From Phormidesmis priestleyi Ana (GTDB lineage: Bacteria; Cyanobacteriota; Cyanobacteriia; Phormidesmidales; Phormidesmidaceae), in the NCBI GenBank assembly GCA_001314865.1, contig LJZR01000023.1, forward strand, positions 857-64,856: a stretch of DNA of 64,000 nucleotides, read 5' to 3'. Position 1 is the stretch's first letter. Every line of letters starts with the position of its first letter. Positions 33,199 through 43,104 of the stretch are shown here, piece by piece. The notes beneath the pieces were generated by a model. The model saw only the letters and a program-made list of their open reading frames with translations. It ran no database searches and had not been told where the DNA came from. A program made the translations under genes and the position numbers.

Positions 33199-33615
33199 AT
33201 GGCTCGCATTAAGTTTATTAAAGAAAACAAGGAGATTGAGGCATCCCTCGGCTCCAACTTGAGATTCAAAGCTCAGGAAAATAACATTGATATTTACACA
33301 TTTATGGGTAAGCTCACGCAGTGCGGTGGCTACGGCCAATGCGGCACCTGCGTTGTTGATATCGTTGAAGGCGCTGAAAACTTGTCGCCTCGAACAGCGG
33401 TTGAAGAAAAAATGTTACGAAAACGACCGTCTAGCTGTCGCCTAGCCTGCCAGACGACGATTCAAGGGTCCGCCAGCGTGGTGACTAAGCCAGATAAAAA
33501 AGAGAGCCTAAAAAAAGCCAAAGCAGAAGCAGCGGCCAAACAGAGCATTGCCCAGTCAACAACCTCTGAACAAACCTCTGAATCCAGTGAGCCAGCAACT
33601 TCTGCAGCTGAATAG
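33199..33615 (+). CDS. 2Fe-2S ferredoxin-like protein with low-complexity C-terminal tail
   Basis: CGGYGQCGTC ... RLACQ cluster-binding pattern. Confidence 0.88.
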   Translation: MARIKFIKENKEIEASLGSNLRFKAQENNIDIYTFMGKLTQCGGYGQCGTCVVDIVEGAENLSPRTAVEEKMLRKRPSSCRLACQTTIQGSASVVTKPDKKESLKKAKAEAAAKQSIAQSTTSEQTSESSEPATSAAE

Positions 33616-33616
33616 G

Positions 33617-33655
33617 CAAAGACTTTAAAGTAAAGGCTTTACTTTAAAGTCTTTG
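33617..33655. repeat. Perfect AT-rich inverted repeat, 19-bp arms, 1-nt spacer
   Basis: CAAAGACTTTAAAGTAAAG-G-CTTTACTTTAAAGTCTTTG. Confidence 0.9.
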
Positions 33656-33926
33656 AATAGCAGATAGAGGCCCATGTAGAAGTTCATAGAGCAGATAAAG
33701 ACTCATAGCTTATAGGCAAGCTATATTCAGCATCGTTTTAAGGTATTCCTAATGCAGCCTCTTAAGGATGCATTTTAGAGGATGCATTTTAGGCTTCATT
33801 CTCCAGTGGCATCCTAGTCTGGTGGGGGCTGTTAGGCCATCAGGTTAATACGGCTTTAGAGGGCTTTAGAGTGATATGCTAAGCACATAAGATTCGCAAA
33901 ATTATTCGGGAGTTAGGTTCAACCTC

Positions 33927-34037
33927 ATGGAAACTAATAAGTTAGGATTTGTAGCTAGCGTTTTGTTTGTCTTTGTACCTACCGTCTTTTTGCTCATTTT
34001 GTACATTCAAACAGCCAGTAAGAACACGGGTGCATAG
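33927..34037 (+). CDS. psbM: Photosystem II protein PsbM
   Basis: Hand translation [36 protein letters not shown]. Confidence 0.95.
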   Translation: METNKLGFVASVLFVFVPTVFLLILYIQTASKNTGA

Positions 34038-34252
34038 GCGACAGGTGACACAGATGCACCGCATCTTAGTCCGCTTGCTCTTGAACCTTTCTGTTTTAGC
34101 TTCTATCTGAGTTCTATTCAGCACGCTAGGTTCAGCATGCGCAATGAATAGAACTCATCTCATAGTCTGACATCTAATTGTCTGGCATCTAAAAGCCCAA
34201 GCATTTACGGGCATTTATTCGAGCTTTTAGAACTGAATTAGAACTGACTGAA

Positions 34253-35827
34253 TTAGAACTGGAAGTAGACAAATGGCTGAGGGTTCTGAGGGGCAAGGAA
34301 GAGTAGGCCAAGGAGCCAAAAGCTGAGCCAGAACCAGTGACTAAAGCGATTGAGCTGAATATAACGTCCTTGGTTGAGCAGGTGTCCTAAGTAGTCAGCG
34401 ATGAGGAGACCGGGAAGAGCAATCCATAACCCGGTGGCGTACCAGCTGATACCAGTAGGCGTCCAGCTATACATTTTTTGCAGCACGATGGTAGCGTCGG
34501 AGAAGTTAGTGGCTCTGAACAGTACCCAGGTTGTACAGACGAACAGCAGCGTAAGTGCCCAGGCGATCGCAGCACCTGTCGCCCGACCCAAAGCCATAGG
34601 CACCCCCTTAATAGGCACCTGAATCTTAGTGACCACATAGTCGGCGTAGAACTTATGGATCACGAGAGCTGAGCCATGCAGTGCGCCCCATGCCACAAAG
34701 TTCCAGCTTGCTCCATGCCAAAGTCCGCCCAGCAGCATGACTAACCAAAGATTGAGATACTGACGCAGCTTGCCCTTGCGATTACCACCGAGCGGAATAT
34801 AGATGTATTCACGCAGCCAAGTAGAGAGCGAGATGTGCCAGCGGCGCCAAAATTCTGTGATGCTGCCAGAGAGATAAGGCATATTAAAGTTGATAGGAAT
34901 CTCATAGCCAAGGCATTTGGCGATGCCGATGGCCATATCGCTGTAGCCGCTAAAGTCACAGTAGATTTGAATGGCATAGGCAAAGACTGCTAGCCAGGTG
35001 GTAGATGAGCTAAAGTCCTGCGGTGTATCGAACACGGTATCGACATAGAGTGCGAGCCGATCGGCAACAACAATTTTACGAAACAGGCCGAGGAGAAATA
35101 GCTGCATACCCGCCAGAAAATTTTCTCGGCGAAGGACAATTTTTTTATTCAGCTCGGGGAGAAACTGCTTGGCCTTTAAAATGGGGCCTGCAACCAGCTG
35201 AGGGAAAAATGCGGTGAGCAGGGCAAAGTCCCAAACCGTATCGGCAGCGTCGGTATCTCCCCGGTAGATATCGATGACATAGGCCATCACCTGAAAGGTA
35301 ATAAACGAGATACCGACCGGTAAAATAATACCGAGCTGCGGCAGGCTGCTGTCGATGTGAACGGAGGCTAGCGCATGATTGGCTGAGTCAACAAAGAAGT
35401 TGTAGTACTTAAAAAAGCCGAGTACGCCAAGGTCGAAAACGATAGCAAAGATAAGCGCCAGCTTTTGAGTACGCTGGATGTTGGATTGAAGGTTGCTGGA
35501 TTGAAGGTTGCTGGATTGAAGGTTGCTGGATTGAAAGGTGGGCTCGCTCTCACTGGGTTGAATTATTTGAGAGGCAACAGGGTAAGCATTCTGGTAATTC
35601 GCCTGAATGACAGCCTGAGTACGCGATCGCGCAATCACTGCACCTAGGTAATAGTTAACGAGTGTCATCGTCAACATCAAAAATGTGAAGCGCCAGTCCC
35701 AGTAACCATAGAAAAAGTAGCTAGCGGCTAAAAGAAACAGTTTTTTAGTTTGCTGTCGTTGGGCGATCGCCAACCACAGCAACACCACACCGAAGAAAAG
35801 GAAAAACTCGACGCTAGAGAAAATCAT
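34253..35827 (-). CDS. MBOAT family O-acyltransferase (AlgI/DltB-like)
   Basis: LPVGISFITFQ, FFPQLVAGPI, DFSGYSDMAIG, EFWRRWHISLS, GLWHGA (catalytic His). Confidence 0.92.
   Translation of the reverse strand: MIFSSVEFFLFFGVVLLWLAIAQRQQTKKLFLLAASYFFYGYWDWRFTFLMLTMTLVNYYLGAVIARSRTQAVIQANYQNAYPVASQIIQPSESEPTFQSSNLQSSNLQSSNLQSNIQRTQKLALIFAIVFDLGVLGFFKYYNFFVDSANHALASVHIDSSLPQLGIILPVGISFITFQVMAYVIDIYRGDTDAADTVWDFALLTAFFPQLVAGPILKAKQFLPELNKKIVLRRENFLAGMQLFLLGLFRKIVVADRLALYVDTVFDTPQDFSSSTTWLAVFAYAIQIYCDFSGYSDMAIGIAKCLGYEIPINFNMPYLSGSITEFWRRWHISLSTWLREYIYIPLGGNRKGKLRQYLNLWLVMLLGGLWHGASWNFVAWGALHGSALVIHKFYADYVVTKIQVPIKGVPMALGRATGAAIAWALTLLFVCTTWVLFRATNFSDATIVLQKMYSWTPTGISWYATGLWIALPGLLIADYLGHLLNQGRYIQLNRFSHWFWLSFWLLGLLFLAPQNPQPFVYFQF
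35483..35535. repeat. In-frame 15-nt tandem repeat x3+ in MBOAT gene (QSSNL repeats)
   Basis: GGATTGAAGGTTGCT at 35483, 35498, 35513 plus a partial copy. Confidence 0.9.
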
Positions 35828-35835
35828 AGGAAAAG

Positions 35836-37239
35836 CTAGTTGCGCTTAATCGGGCTGTCGGACTGAGTGTAAAAGTTGATGAGACGCTGAGCGATCAGGC
35901 GATGACCAGCGCTGTTGAGGTGGCCTTCGCCTGGCACCGTATTGTTGAACCCCCGGAGGTGAGTGCCCTCGCTGCGGTAGTGCTCTAAATAGTCAGAACG
36001 CATGTTAAGCAAAGGAACACCCTCGTCAGCGGTCGCTTGCACAAGTGCTTTTTCGATAGCGGCGTTGCGCGGATCACTACTGACCTCCGCAGCATCTTGG
36101 TAGTTCATCGCCGGAATGAAGACAATTACGAGGTTGGGGAACTGCTGATTGAGCTGCTGAACGCTCCAGCGAACCATGGCGGCGTCTTCAGCCTGGATGC
36201 GCTGCATTTCGGCTGGAGGAGTTATTGATTCCGCTTCGGCGCTGTGAGAATCGGCAGCAGATAGGGCGTTACTGAGGTTGCGTCCACCCAGGCGCAGTAC
36301 AGACATTCTCATCAGTGGAGTCAGCCAGGGTGCTTTTTCCGTGACGATTTGCGCCAGCGGGTCAGCACTGCCAAACGCTTTGTTATGGCGTATTTGATAG
36401 GTTAGTTCGCCCTCTGGAGTGAAATCTTTGGCTAGGTAGAACTCTGAAGCTTCATTGTTCATATCCATCGTAAAGTCGTGCTCTGTGAGCTGAACGACAG
36501 TGCTGTCGGGCGCGAAGGTACGCTTGTGAAAGTCTGCGGCGTGGAGATAGCCAGCGGGCGAGGCGCTGGGCTTACCCGCGTTGATGACTTCAACGTTGAC
36601 GTCAGCCTTGACTTCAGCGTTAACGTCACTGTTGGATGGAGGTGAATTACCGGGAACAGGCTGCGTCTGGGCAGAAGCAAAAGTTGAGGCGCGCGCTGAT
36701 GAAAAATAGGCTTGGAGGCGATCGCTAAAGTTGATCCCATCGCTCACCTCCTCGGCGCGGGTAAAAGAATCGCCTAGCATCAAAATGCGATAGTCGCCAA
36801 GTTGCTTGGGAGTGGGCTCGGCAGATCTCATTCCTAAGCGATTGAGTCGGGTACGACTAAACCCCTCTCTCGTTTGAAGCGTTATACCTGGGCGATCAAT
36901 TTTACCTAGGGCCGGATGATCGGCCATACCGTGGCTAGACTCGACAGCAATCTGCAAAATGCCTTCCCACAGCAGCAGTGCCGAAACAAAACCGGCTGTG
37001 CCCATCGCGATCGCCAAAAGCGCAGAAGGCCCCGCAGCAGAAAGAAAAGAAGGCAGCTGGCGGCCTATTGGCTGACCAGTGAGAACGCGATGTCGAGCTC
37101 TTTCGAGTCGGTGGTTCGTTTTTGTTTGAGTGCCGCTGCTGCTAATTGACCGAGTAGCTGGGCGAGCAGCTGGGCGATAAACGGATAATAGAGAAGCCTT
37201 AGATACCTTCACAGGTGGGAAACTCACATAAAGAAACAT
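35836..37239 (-). CDS. SGNH/GDSL hydrolase-family protein (AlgJ/AlgX-like acetyltransferase candidate); start uncertain
   Basis: TM helix then LMLGDS (block I), INAG (block II), EGHLNSAGH (block V). Confidence 0.75.
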   Translation of the reverse strand: MFLYVSFPPVKVSKASLLSVYRPAARPATRSISSSGTQTKTNHRLERARHRVLTGQPIGRQLPSFLSAAGPSALLAIAMGTAGFVSALLLWEGILQIAVESSHGMADHPALGKIDRPGITLQTREGFSRTRLNRLGMRSAEPTPKQLGDYRILMLGDSFTRAEEVSDGINFSDRLQAYFSSARASTFASAQTQPVPGNSPPSNSDVNAEVKADVNVEVINAGKPSASPAGYLHAADFHKRTFAPDSTVVQLTEHDFTMDMNNEASEFYLAKDFTPEGELTYQIRHNKAFGSADPLAQIVTEKAPWLTPLMRMSVLRLGGRNLSNALSAADSHSAEAESITPPAEMQRIQAEDAAMVRWSVQQLNQQFPNLVIVFIPAMNYQDAAEVSSDPRNAAIEKALVQATADEGVPLLNMRSDYLEHYRSEGTHLRGFNNTVPGEGHLNSAGHRLIAQRLINFYTQSDSPIKRN

Positions 37240-37293
37240 GCACTGATCTCTCAGACACCTTCTTTCTAATTAGAGTTCCAATGCTATGAGGGC

Positions 37294-38625
37294 CTATTCA
37301 TTCATGTTTTTGTAGGTGGCCACTGCCGAGGGAGAAATTCGGTTGAGATAGCGGAAAATCCAGTACTTGAAGACCGTATCTAAAATGACTGGGAAGGTCG
37401 CAATGAAGAGAAAAATAAAGTTGCGGCTGGCCGGTAAGCCCAAATGGTTAGACAAGCCTTCTAGCAACACTTCCCAACCATGGGGAGAGTGAAAGCCTAC
37501 AAATATATCTGTGAACAGAATAATGATGAACGCTTTGGCGCTGTCGCTCAGGCCATAGATAATTTCGTCAATGAAGGCTTTGAGCGTGGCGACTTTTTCT
37601 TTGAAGCTGGTGAGGATGAGTGAAAATGTGAGAACCGCGATCACATCAGCGAAAACATTTTCTACGGCATCGGCGCTGCGCTGGCGATAGTCTTCCTCAA
37701 TTTCAAAGGCCTTCTCCCTCACGCGTTCTTCAATATCAGCCTCGCCTATCGCGGGCGTTTTACCAATGAGCACCTCAAATCGGAATCTTTCTTCGTACTG
37801 CTGAAGCTCGTGCAGTGCGTCTTCTTCCATTTCCCGATTCAGGAAAACATCGGCCTGAGTGAGGTCGCGGCTGCGCTCGACAATGGGGCTAACGATGAAG
37901 TTTTTACTCAAATACTGAGCTAGCAGCGGAATGATAATGAGCTGGAGGACAAAGGTAATGGCAACAGTGGTTTGGGTTTTAGAGTTGCGAAAGTTGCGTA
38001 CCACCTCGGTTTCTGCATCGGGATCAAGATCCTGCTTGATGCGATCAACGGTGCGCAAAATAGATCGCGGCAGGACGCTGCTGCTGCTGCTCAAAGCTTC
38101 GTTAGGGCTTTGGTCGGTATCGGAGAGCGTACGGCGAGCAGATTCGACATCTGCGAGTGCAGATGGGTTGGAGGAACGAGTTTGCAGTGAGTTGAGGGCT
38201 AATACAGAAGGCTTTTGGTAGCGATCGGTGATGGTATCGATCAGTTTGAGTTTCGTAAAAAAGACGGCTGGGCCATTGATTTGATCGAGCGGAAGGTCTT
38301 CGGAAAGGGGCGCATTTGCAGGGCTGACCAATGCACCATTGCCCACGCTAGAGATGGCGTATACCGAGTTACTGGCACGAAACTCAGCCATTCTGCGATT
38401 GATAATGCTGAGATATTTTTTGAGGTCTTTTTGCAACAGCTGGTAAGAGCTGCGGCTGTAGTTGCCAGAGCGATTAGAAACAGGATTGCCGTCGAAGTGA
38501 TTGTCTTCAAGCTGACGAATTTTAAGGGCAGCTTCATAGGCCTGGTCAAGTGCCCGATCGGGCGTTTTGGTAAACCATTGTCGAAGCTGGCTGAAGAGGT
38601 TGAGACGCTGCGAAGAGTTTGTCAT
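37294..38625 (-). CDS. pxcA: Proton extrusion protein PxcA (CemA family)
   Basis: TPDRALDQAYEAA, DSAKAFIIILFTDIFVGFHSPHGWE, KYWIFRYLNRISPSAVATY. Confidence 0.93.
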   Translation of the reverse strand: MTNSSQRLNLFSQLRQWFTKTPDRALDQAYEAALKIRQLEDNHFDGNPVSNRSGNYSRSSYQLLQKDLKKYLSIINRRMAEFRASNSVYAISSVGNGALVSPANAPLSEDLPLDQINGPAVFFTKLKLIDTITDRYQKPSVLALNSLQTRSSNPSALADVESARRTLSDTDQSPNEALSSSSSVLPRSILRTVDRIKQDLDPDAETEVVRNFRNSKTQTTVAITFVLQLIIIPLLAQYLSKNFIVSPIVERSRDLTQADVFLNREMEEDALHELQQYEERFRFEVLIGKTPAIGEADIEERVREKAFEIEEDYRQRSADAVENVFADVIAVLTFSLILTSFKEKVATLKAFIDEIIYGLSDSAKAFIIILFTDIFVGFHSPHGWEVLLEGLSNHLGLPASRNFIFLFIATFPVILDTVFKYWIFRYLNRISPSAVATYKNMNE

Positions 38626-38698
38626 TGCCGATCTAAAACCACATGCAACCTAAATTGGGTTGGCCTTTATATCTTACGAGGGAGAGGAGCGATAGTGT

Positions 38699-39952
38699 TT
38701 AGAACCGCGATGATTTAGGCTTGATTTTGAACAGCTGTCCTTGGATCAGCAGGCCAAGGGTGCGGCGGGCCACCTTGAGCTGATGGTGACGCGTGGGCAT
38801 ACGAAAAATGTAGACTACGCGCCGAGCGATCGCAGCAAGTGGGCCACCTAGGGTTAGGCCAAAGCTCCAGAGACCTGCTTCGCCGAGGCCCAGCGTGAGC
38901 ATATCGCCCAAATGTAAATAGTTAAAAGGTTTAACCCGCCGTTTTGAACCGATATCGGTGATCGCTGCCATATTGGCAGCGACCCGACTGGCAGATTGAA
39001 AAGCTGCTTGGGCTGTGTTGGGTGCTGTTTTTTGGTGAGGGCTATGCATATCGGCAGCGTCACCGAGAATAAATACATTACGGTGATTGAGCAGTTGCAG
39101 CGATCGCTCCGTTAGCAGCTGCCCTCGCTCATTTTGCGCGACCGCCTGCTCACCAATCCATTCACGCGGCTGAGTACCAACGGCCCATAAGGTCATTTGG
39201 CTGGGAATGGTCTCAGTTTGGCCGCTGGCGTTGGATTGTACTATCACTGCGTCAGCCTTCACGGCTAATACAGCCGAGTGAGTCAGCACTCGAACCTTTC
39301 TACGCGAGAGCGATTTTTGGCTCAGTCGCCGCAGCCCGTCTTCAAAATGCTTGAGGATAGTATCTCCGCGTTCGACCAAGGTGACTTGGCCGCTAGTGCC
39401 TAAATAGTCTGACACCTTACCGGCTAGCTCCACGCCACTTGCACCACCCCCGATCACGGTCACCCGAATAGGACGCCCTGCCAAGTTAGCGGTTGCTGAA
39501 AGCGATCGCATCTGTACCAGCTGAGCCAGTCGCGCTGTTAGCAACTGGGCATCTTGCAGCGAACGAAAAGTCAGCGCATGTTCATTCGCCCCTGGGATAT
39601 CGACCGGACGACTTTTGGCACCCGTTGCAACCACCAGATGGGTATAAGCAAGCACTTCATCGGCCTCAGTCGTAACCGTTTGCTGATTGAGATTGATCCG
39701 GGTGGCACGGGTTTGTTTCCAGGTGATGTTAGTACCCGTCAGCAGACTGGTATAAGTTGGCGCGACTTCCCATTCTTCTAGTTCGCGGGTAATTAGTTCG
39801 TACAGCATTGGGGTGAACAAAAACTGATCGTTGGGCTCGATCAACGTGGTTTGAATCTGCCGTAGGTGTTTATATTTTTTGAGATATAGCGCGGTGTAAA
39901 AGCCCCCAAAGCCCCCGCCGATAATGCAAATATGTAAAGGCGTTCGGGTCAT
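38699..39952 (-). CDS. Type II NADH dehydrogenase-family FAD oxidoreductase (Ndb-like); start probably ATG 39952
   Basis: IIGGGFGG, VIGGGASGVELA, FILGDAA, TAQAAFQ. Confidence 0.82.
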   Translation of the reverse strand: MTRTPLHICIIGGGFGGFYTALYLKKYKHLRQIQTTLIEPNDQFLFTPMLYELITRELEEWEVAPTYTSLLTGTNITWKQTRATRINLNQQTVTTEADEVLAYTHLVVATGAKSRPVDIPGANEHALTFRSLQDAQLLTARLAQLVQMRSLSATANLAGRPIRVTVIGGGASGVELAGKVSDYLGTSGQVTLVERGDTILKHFEDGLRRLSQKSLSRRKVRVLTHSAVLAVKADAVIVQSNASGQTETIPSQMTLWAVGTQPREWIGEQAVAQNERGQLLTERSLQLLNHRNVFILGDAADMHSPHQKTAPNTAQAAFQSASRVAANMAAITDIGSKRRVKPFNYLHLGDMLTLGLGEAGLWSFGLTLGGPLAAIARRVVYIFRMPTRHHQLKVARRTLGLLIQGQLFKIKPKSSRF

Positions 39953-40090
39953 AGATTTACTTTGGAGAATACGCGGCTTTGGCAAATGCTGTGCGAATGC
40001 TTTTGGCTGCATTGTGCCTGCATTTGACTGCACTTTGTGTCAATGCCATTCACGCTTATGTTAAATGAAGATTTACTATTTTTGCCCTAG

Positions 40091-40822
40091 ATGAATCAGC
40101 CAACGGGTAGCGCCCTCCAGCTTTGGCAAATTCCGCTGACTGTTTCAGCAGCGACTGTGGCCCGCTATTCTCTTTGCCTGTCGGCAGATGAAATAGCCCG
40201 TGCCGACCGATTTCGGTTCGCCCATGACCGACGCAAATTTATCGTTGCCAGAGGCACGCTGCGCTATTTACTCGGGGGCGAGTTAGGGCGATCGCCCCAG
40301 TCCATCCGTTTTGACTACGGCGACTACGGCAAACCGCAGGTCAGCATTACCACAGTCTCACCATCAGCCGCCTGCGGCTTTCATTTCAACCTTTCACATT
40401 CTGGAGAACTGGCCCTTTGCGCGCTAGGTGGCTCGCATAGAGTCGGCGTTGACATCGAAATTATTAAAACCATTCAGCGGCTAGAAAGCATGATGAGCCG
40501 CTGCCTTTGCCCAGAGGAAATAGCCCAAGTCGCCGCCAGTGAAGATCCCGTGCGGGCATTTTTACAATATTGGACCTGCAAAGAAGCGTACCTAAAAGCG
40601 ATCGGCAAAGGATTGAGCCAGTCGATGCAAAGTGTGAAAGTTCAGCTGAGGCCGCCGCTGCTGCTGCAAGTGCCAGATAGAGGCCTCGCCAGCTGGCATT
40701 TGCATCCGGTTTCGCTACCCACAGGCTATGTTGGCGCAGTCGTCGTAGAAGGCACAGTGTCACTGGAACTCAACGAATGGCGCCACAGCATACCTTCTGA
40801 CTTCAGTGTGACTTCACCATAG
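40091..40822 (+). CDS. 4'-phosphopantetheinyl transferase (Sfp/HetI type)
   Basis: YGKP, FNLSHSG, VGVDIE, WTCKEAYLKAIG. Confidence 0.92.
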   Translation: MNQPTGSALQLWQIPLTVSAATVARYSLCLSADEIARADRFRFAHDRRKFIVARGTLRYLLGGELGRSPQSIRFDYGDYGKPQVSITTVSPSAACGFHFNLSHSGELALCALGGSHRVGVDIEIIKTIQRLESMMSRCLCPEEIAQVAASEDPVRAFLQYWTCKEAYLKAIGKGLSQSMQSVKVQLRPPLLLQVPDRGLASWHLHPVSLPTGYVGAVVVEGTVSLELNEWRHSIPSDFSVTSP

Positions 40823-40863
40823 TGTGACTTCAGTGTGATTTCACAAGTGCTACTTCACAGGTG

Positions 40864-41889
40864 CTACTTCACAATAATGACCGACTTCACCGCCCGTTCA
40901 ACCGGATTGCCCGCTTCATCCGAACGGCCAAAGTATATTGCCGACTCATCGCCCTCGTTCACATACAGCGACGACGAACTACCCCCATCTAGGTTGAGCA
41001 GTTTTTGAATATTTTGCGACCGCGCAAATTCGGCGAGTTCAGCTAGCGTCATGCCAACCGAATCTGCGTTTTTTTCAACCATTATTAAGACCATCTGGTC
41101 GCCTGCTATGCCAATAGCACTGCGGGCATTGCGCTGCATACTGCCAATCGCATCGCGAATGAGATCGCCATTTTCGGGATCGTCATTTGCGTAGTCGGTA
41201 AAGGCTTCTGCAAAAGCGCCATCCTCGGGCAGCAGGACTGGGCCTGCGCCAACAGCAGATTCCATCACGCAGCCTTGAGGCGTTGGTAACCGATGAGGCG
41301 CAATATCGTAGCTGAGCGATTCAGACACATCGCAGCGGTAAGCTCGAAACTCTGAGCGATTAAAAATTTGCTCCAGATACTCACTCAAGGCTGGATTGCC
41401 AACTAGCCGCTCATTGCTAGCAGGATCGCCCACCACTTGCCCTTGCAAGGTGAGATGAGAAGTGGTTTGACCATTCTGCGGGTCAAAGAAGCCTGCGTTA
41501 ATGGCATAGACCGCATTTTCGCGCTGAGCCAATTGAGCCACAGGAGTCAAATCATCTGACACGGCCACAGATAATGACATCGCTGCGGGAACTTCCACCA
41601 CATGGACAACGGCGCCCGCCACCTGAAATCGCTGGTGGGCATTCAGCGGCTGATGATTATCCATGGCAGTTAGGGGCTCACCCTCTGGCGATGTCTGGGT
41701 CAAAGGTGCCTGGGCAGAGGGTGTCTGAGAGGGTGCTTGGGCAGAGGTGTTCAAAGAATAGGCCACTTGCTTACGCCCAATGGCAACAGTGCCGATTCCC
41801 GCACAGCCAATCCCCGCACAGCCAATGCCCGTACATAGGAGCAGGCTGTAGATTTTCCAACGTGGGAAGCGGCGTTTATTTGGCAGCAT
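40864..41889 (-). CDS. Phosphodiester glycosidase family protein (NAGPA/DUF2233); start probably ATG 41889
   Basis: INAGFF, GAGPVL, ARSAIG, NLDGGSS; N-terminal signal/TM. Confidence 0.8.
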   Translation of the reverse strand: MLPNKRRFPRWKIYSLLLCTGIGCAGIGCAGIGTVAIGRKQVAYSLNTSAQAPSQTPSAQAPLTQTSPEGEPLTAMDNHQPLNAHQRFQVAGAVVHVVEVPAAMSLSVAVSDDLTPVAQLAQRENAVYAINAGFFDPQNGQTTSHLTLQGQVVGDPASNERLVGNPALSEYLEQIFNRSEFRAYRCDVSESLSYDIAPHRLPTPQGCVMESAVGAGPVLLPEDGAFAEAFTDYANDDPENGDLIRDAIGSMQRNARSAIGIAGDQMVLIMVEKNADSVGMTLAELAEFARSQNIQKLLNLDGGSSSSLYVNEGDESAIYFGRSDEAGNPVERAVKSVIIVK

Positions 41890-42928
41890 CTCGTACTTTC
41901 TCGCTATAGTCTTTGGGCCTAGCCTGGCGAAACCCTTGAAAAGCAATTTGTCTGGCCCAGCTCGGTAGGTAAGATAGCATCTGAGAGGCTTGAGCCTTTG
42001 GTGAGAGTGTGCCAGCCGTTTTTAGCTCAGCGATTAAATCGCGGCCTCGTTGGGTTTCGCCTTTTTCAATTAGGCGGGTCGCGAGCACCTGCTTTAGGCT
42101 GTTGAGCTTACGGATACGAGCAGCTTCTATGTTAGGACGCTGCGTAAACCGGTAGCCATCCAAGCAAAATGACTTGGCCTGCAAAAAGTGAATGTCTTGC
42201 TTGAGACTGGTTTGTCCGCCGTGAAAGCGATATTCCATTAACCTTTCAGGAATAAAATAAGCGGTTTGTCCGGCGATCGCACATCGCACCAGCAAATCAA
42301 AATCCTCACAGCCATCAGCCTCAAACCGCATAAAATCCACCGCGTTTAGGCTGCGCTTACGAAACAGCGATGAGCCCACCTGTAAGCTCTGATGGACAAA
42401 GGTTTCAGTGATCAAATCGTCGATCACGCCGTTGCCTAGCCTATCCTTTCTCCACTTAGCCGAATTCGCCGCCGTTGCGGCCTCATCACGCTCGTTTCTG
42501 GCGTTGATTACCCAGTGGTCAGTGCATACAAAATCGACCTCTGGCTGCGCATTGAGAATAGCAACCGTTTTTTCTAGAAAAGTGGGCGTGAGCGCATCGT
42601 CATCGTCAAACTTGATGAAGTATTCGCCTTTGGCGGCTTCATAGCCAGAGCGCATGTTGCGGCTGCGTTGAATATTTTGCGGGTGGCGAATGTAGCGAAT
42701 TCGAGGATCGTGCCACTGCGCAACCACTTCAGCGGTGTGGTCAGGTGAAGCATCGTCACAAATTAACAGCTCAAAATTTGAGTAGGTTTGGTTCAGGACG
42801 CTTTTGACCGCGTAGGGCAAAATATTGGCGCGGTTGTAGGTGGGAATGCAGACGCTGACCTGCGGGGAAAGGGGGACGCTGGCGTTGGCTGTTTGAGCCG
42901 TCGGCGAATCGTTTGGCGAATCGTTCAT
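41876..42928 (-). CDS. Glycosyltransferase family 2; start probably ATG 42928
   Basis: VSVCIPTYNR, ICDDAS, FDDDD, EDFDL. Confidence 0.88.
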   Translation of the reverse strand: MNDSPNDSPTAQTANASVPLSPQVSVCIPTYNRANILPYAVKSVLNQTYSNFELLICDDASPDHTAEVVAQWHDPRIRYIRHPQNIQRSRNMRSGYEAAKGEYFIKFDDDDALTPTFLEKTVAILNAQPEVDFVCTDHWVINARNERDEAATAANSAKWRKDRLGNGVIDDLITETFVHQSLQVGSSLFRKRSLNAVDFMRFEADGCEDFDLLVRCAIAGQTAYFIPERLMEYRFHGGQTSLKQDIHFLQAKSFCLDGYRFTQRPNIEAARIRKLNSLKQVLATRLIEKGETQRGRDLIAELKTAGTLSPKAQASQMLSYLPSWARQIAFQGFRQARPKDYSEKVRDAAK

Positions 42929-43104
42929 AGCTATTGAGAAAAATGCTATTAAAAAAATGCTATTGAGAAAAATGCTGAGAATGCTGGGCTTCTGGTATTT
43001 ATGTCTGAGTAATTCACGTCTAAATAATTTAGACGTAAATATTTCTCGGAGGCATCCTAGATCCTGTAAGAATATCTTGAAGACGATTCGATAGGCACGC
43101 TTGA

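Noticed and set aside
31153-34037. Far-red light photoacclimation (FaRLiP) cluster
   Set aside because: No rfpABC, chlF or apc/psaA paralogues here; gene context is the ordinary psbB-psbT-nrdR locus
33942-34124. 60-aa minus-strand ORF
   Set aside because: Overlaps psbM on the opposite strand; no motif
34253-40822. MBOAT + PPTase as a Dlt-like or NRPS/PKS system
   Set aside because: No acyl/D-alanyl carrier protein, adenylation enzyme or synthase in the window; the PPTase is on the other strand and is a common stand-alone gene
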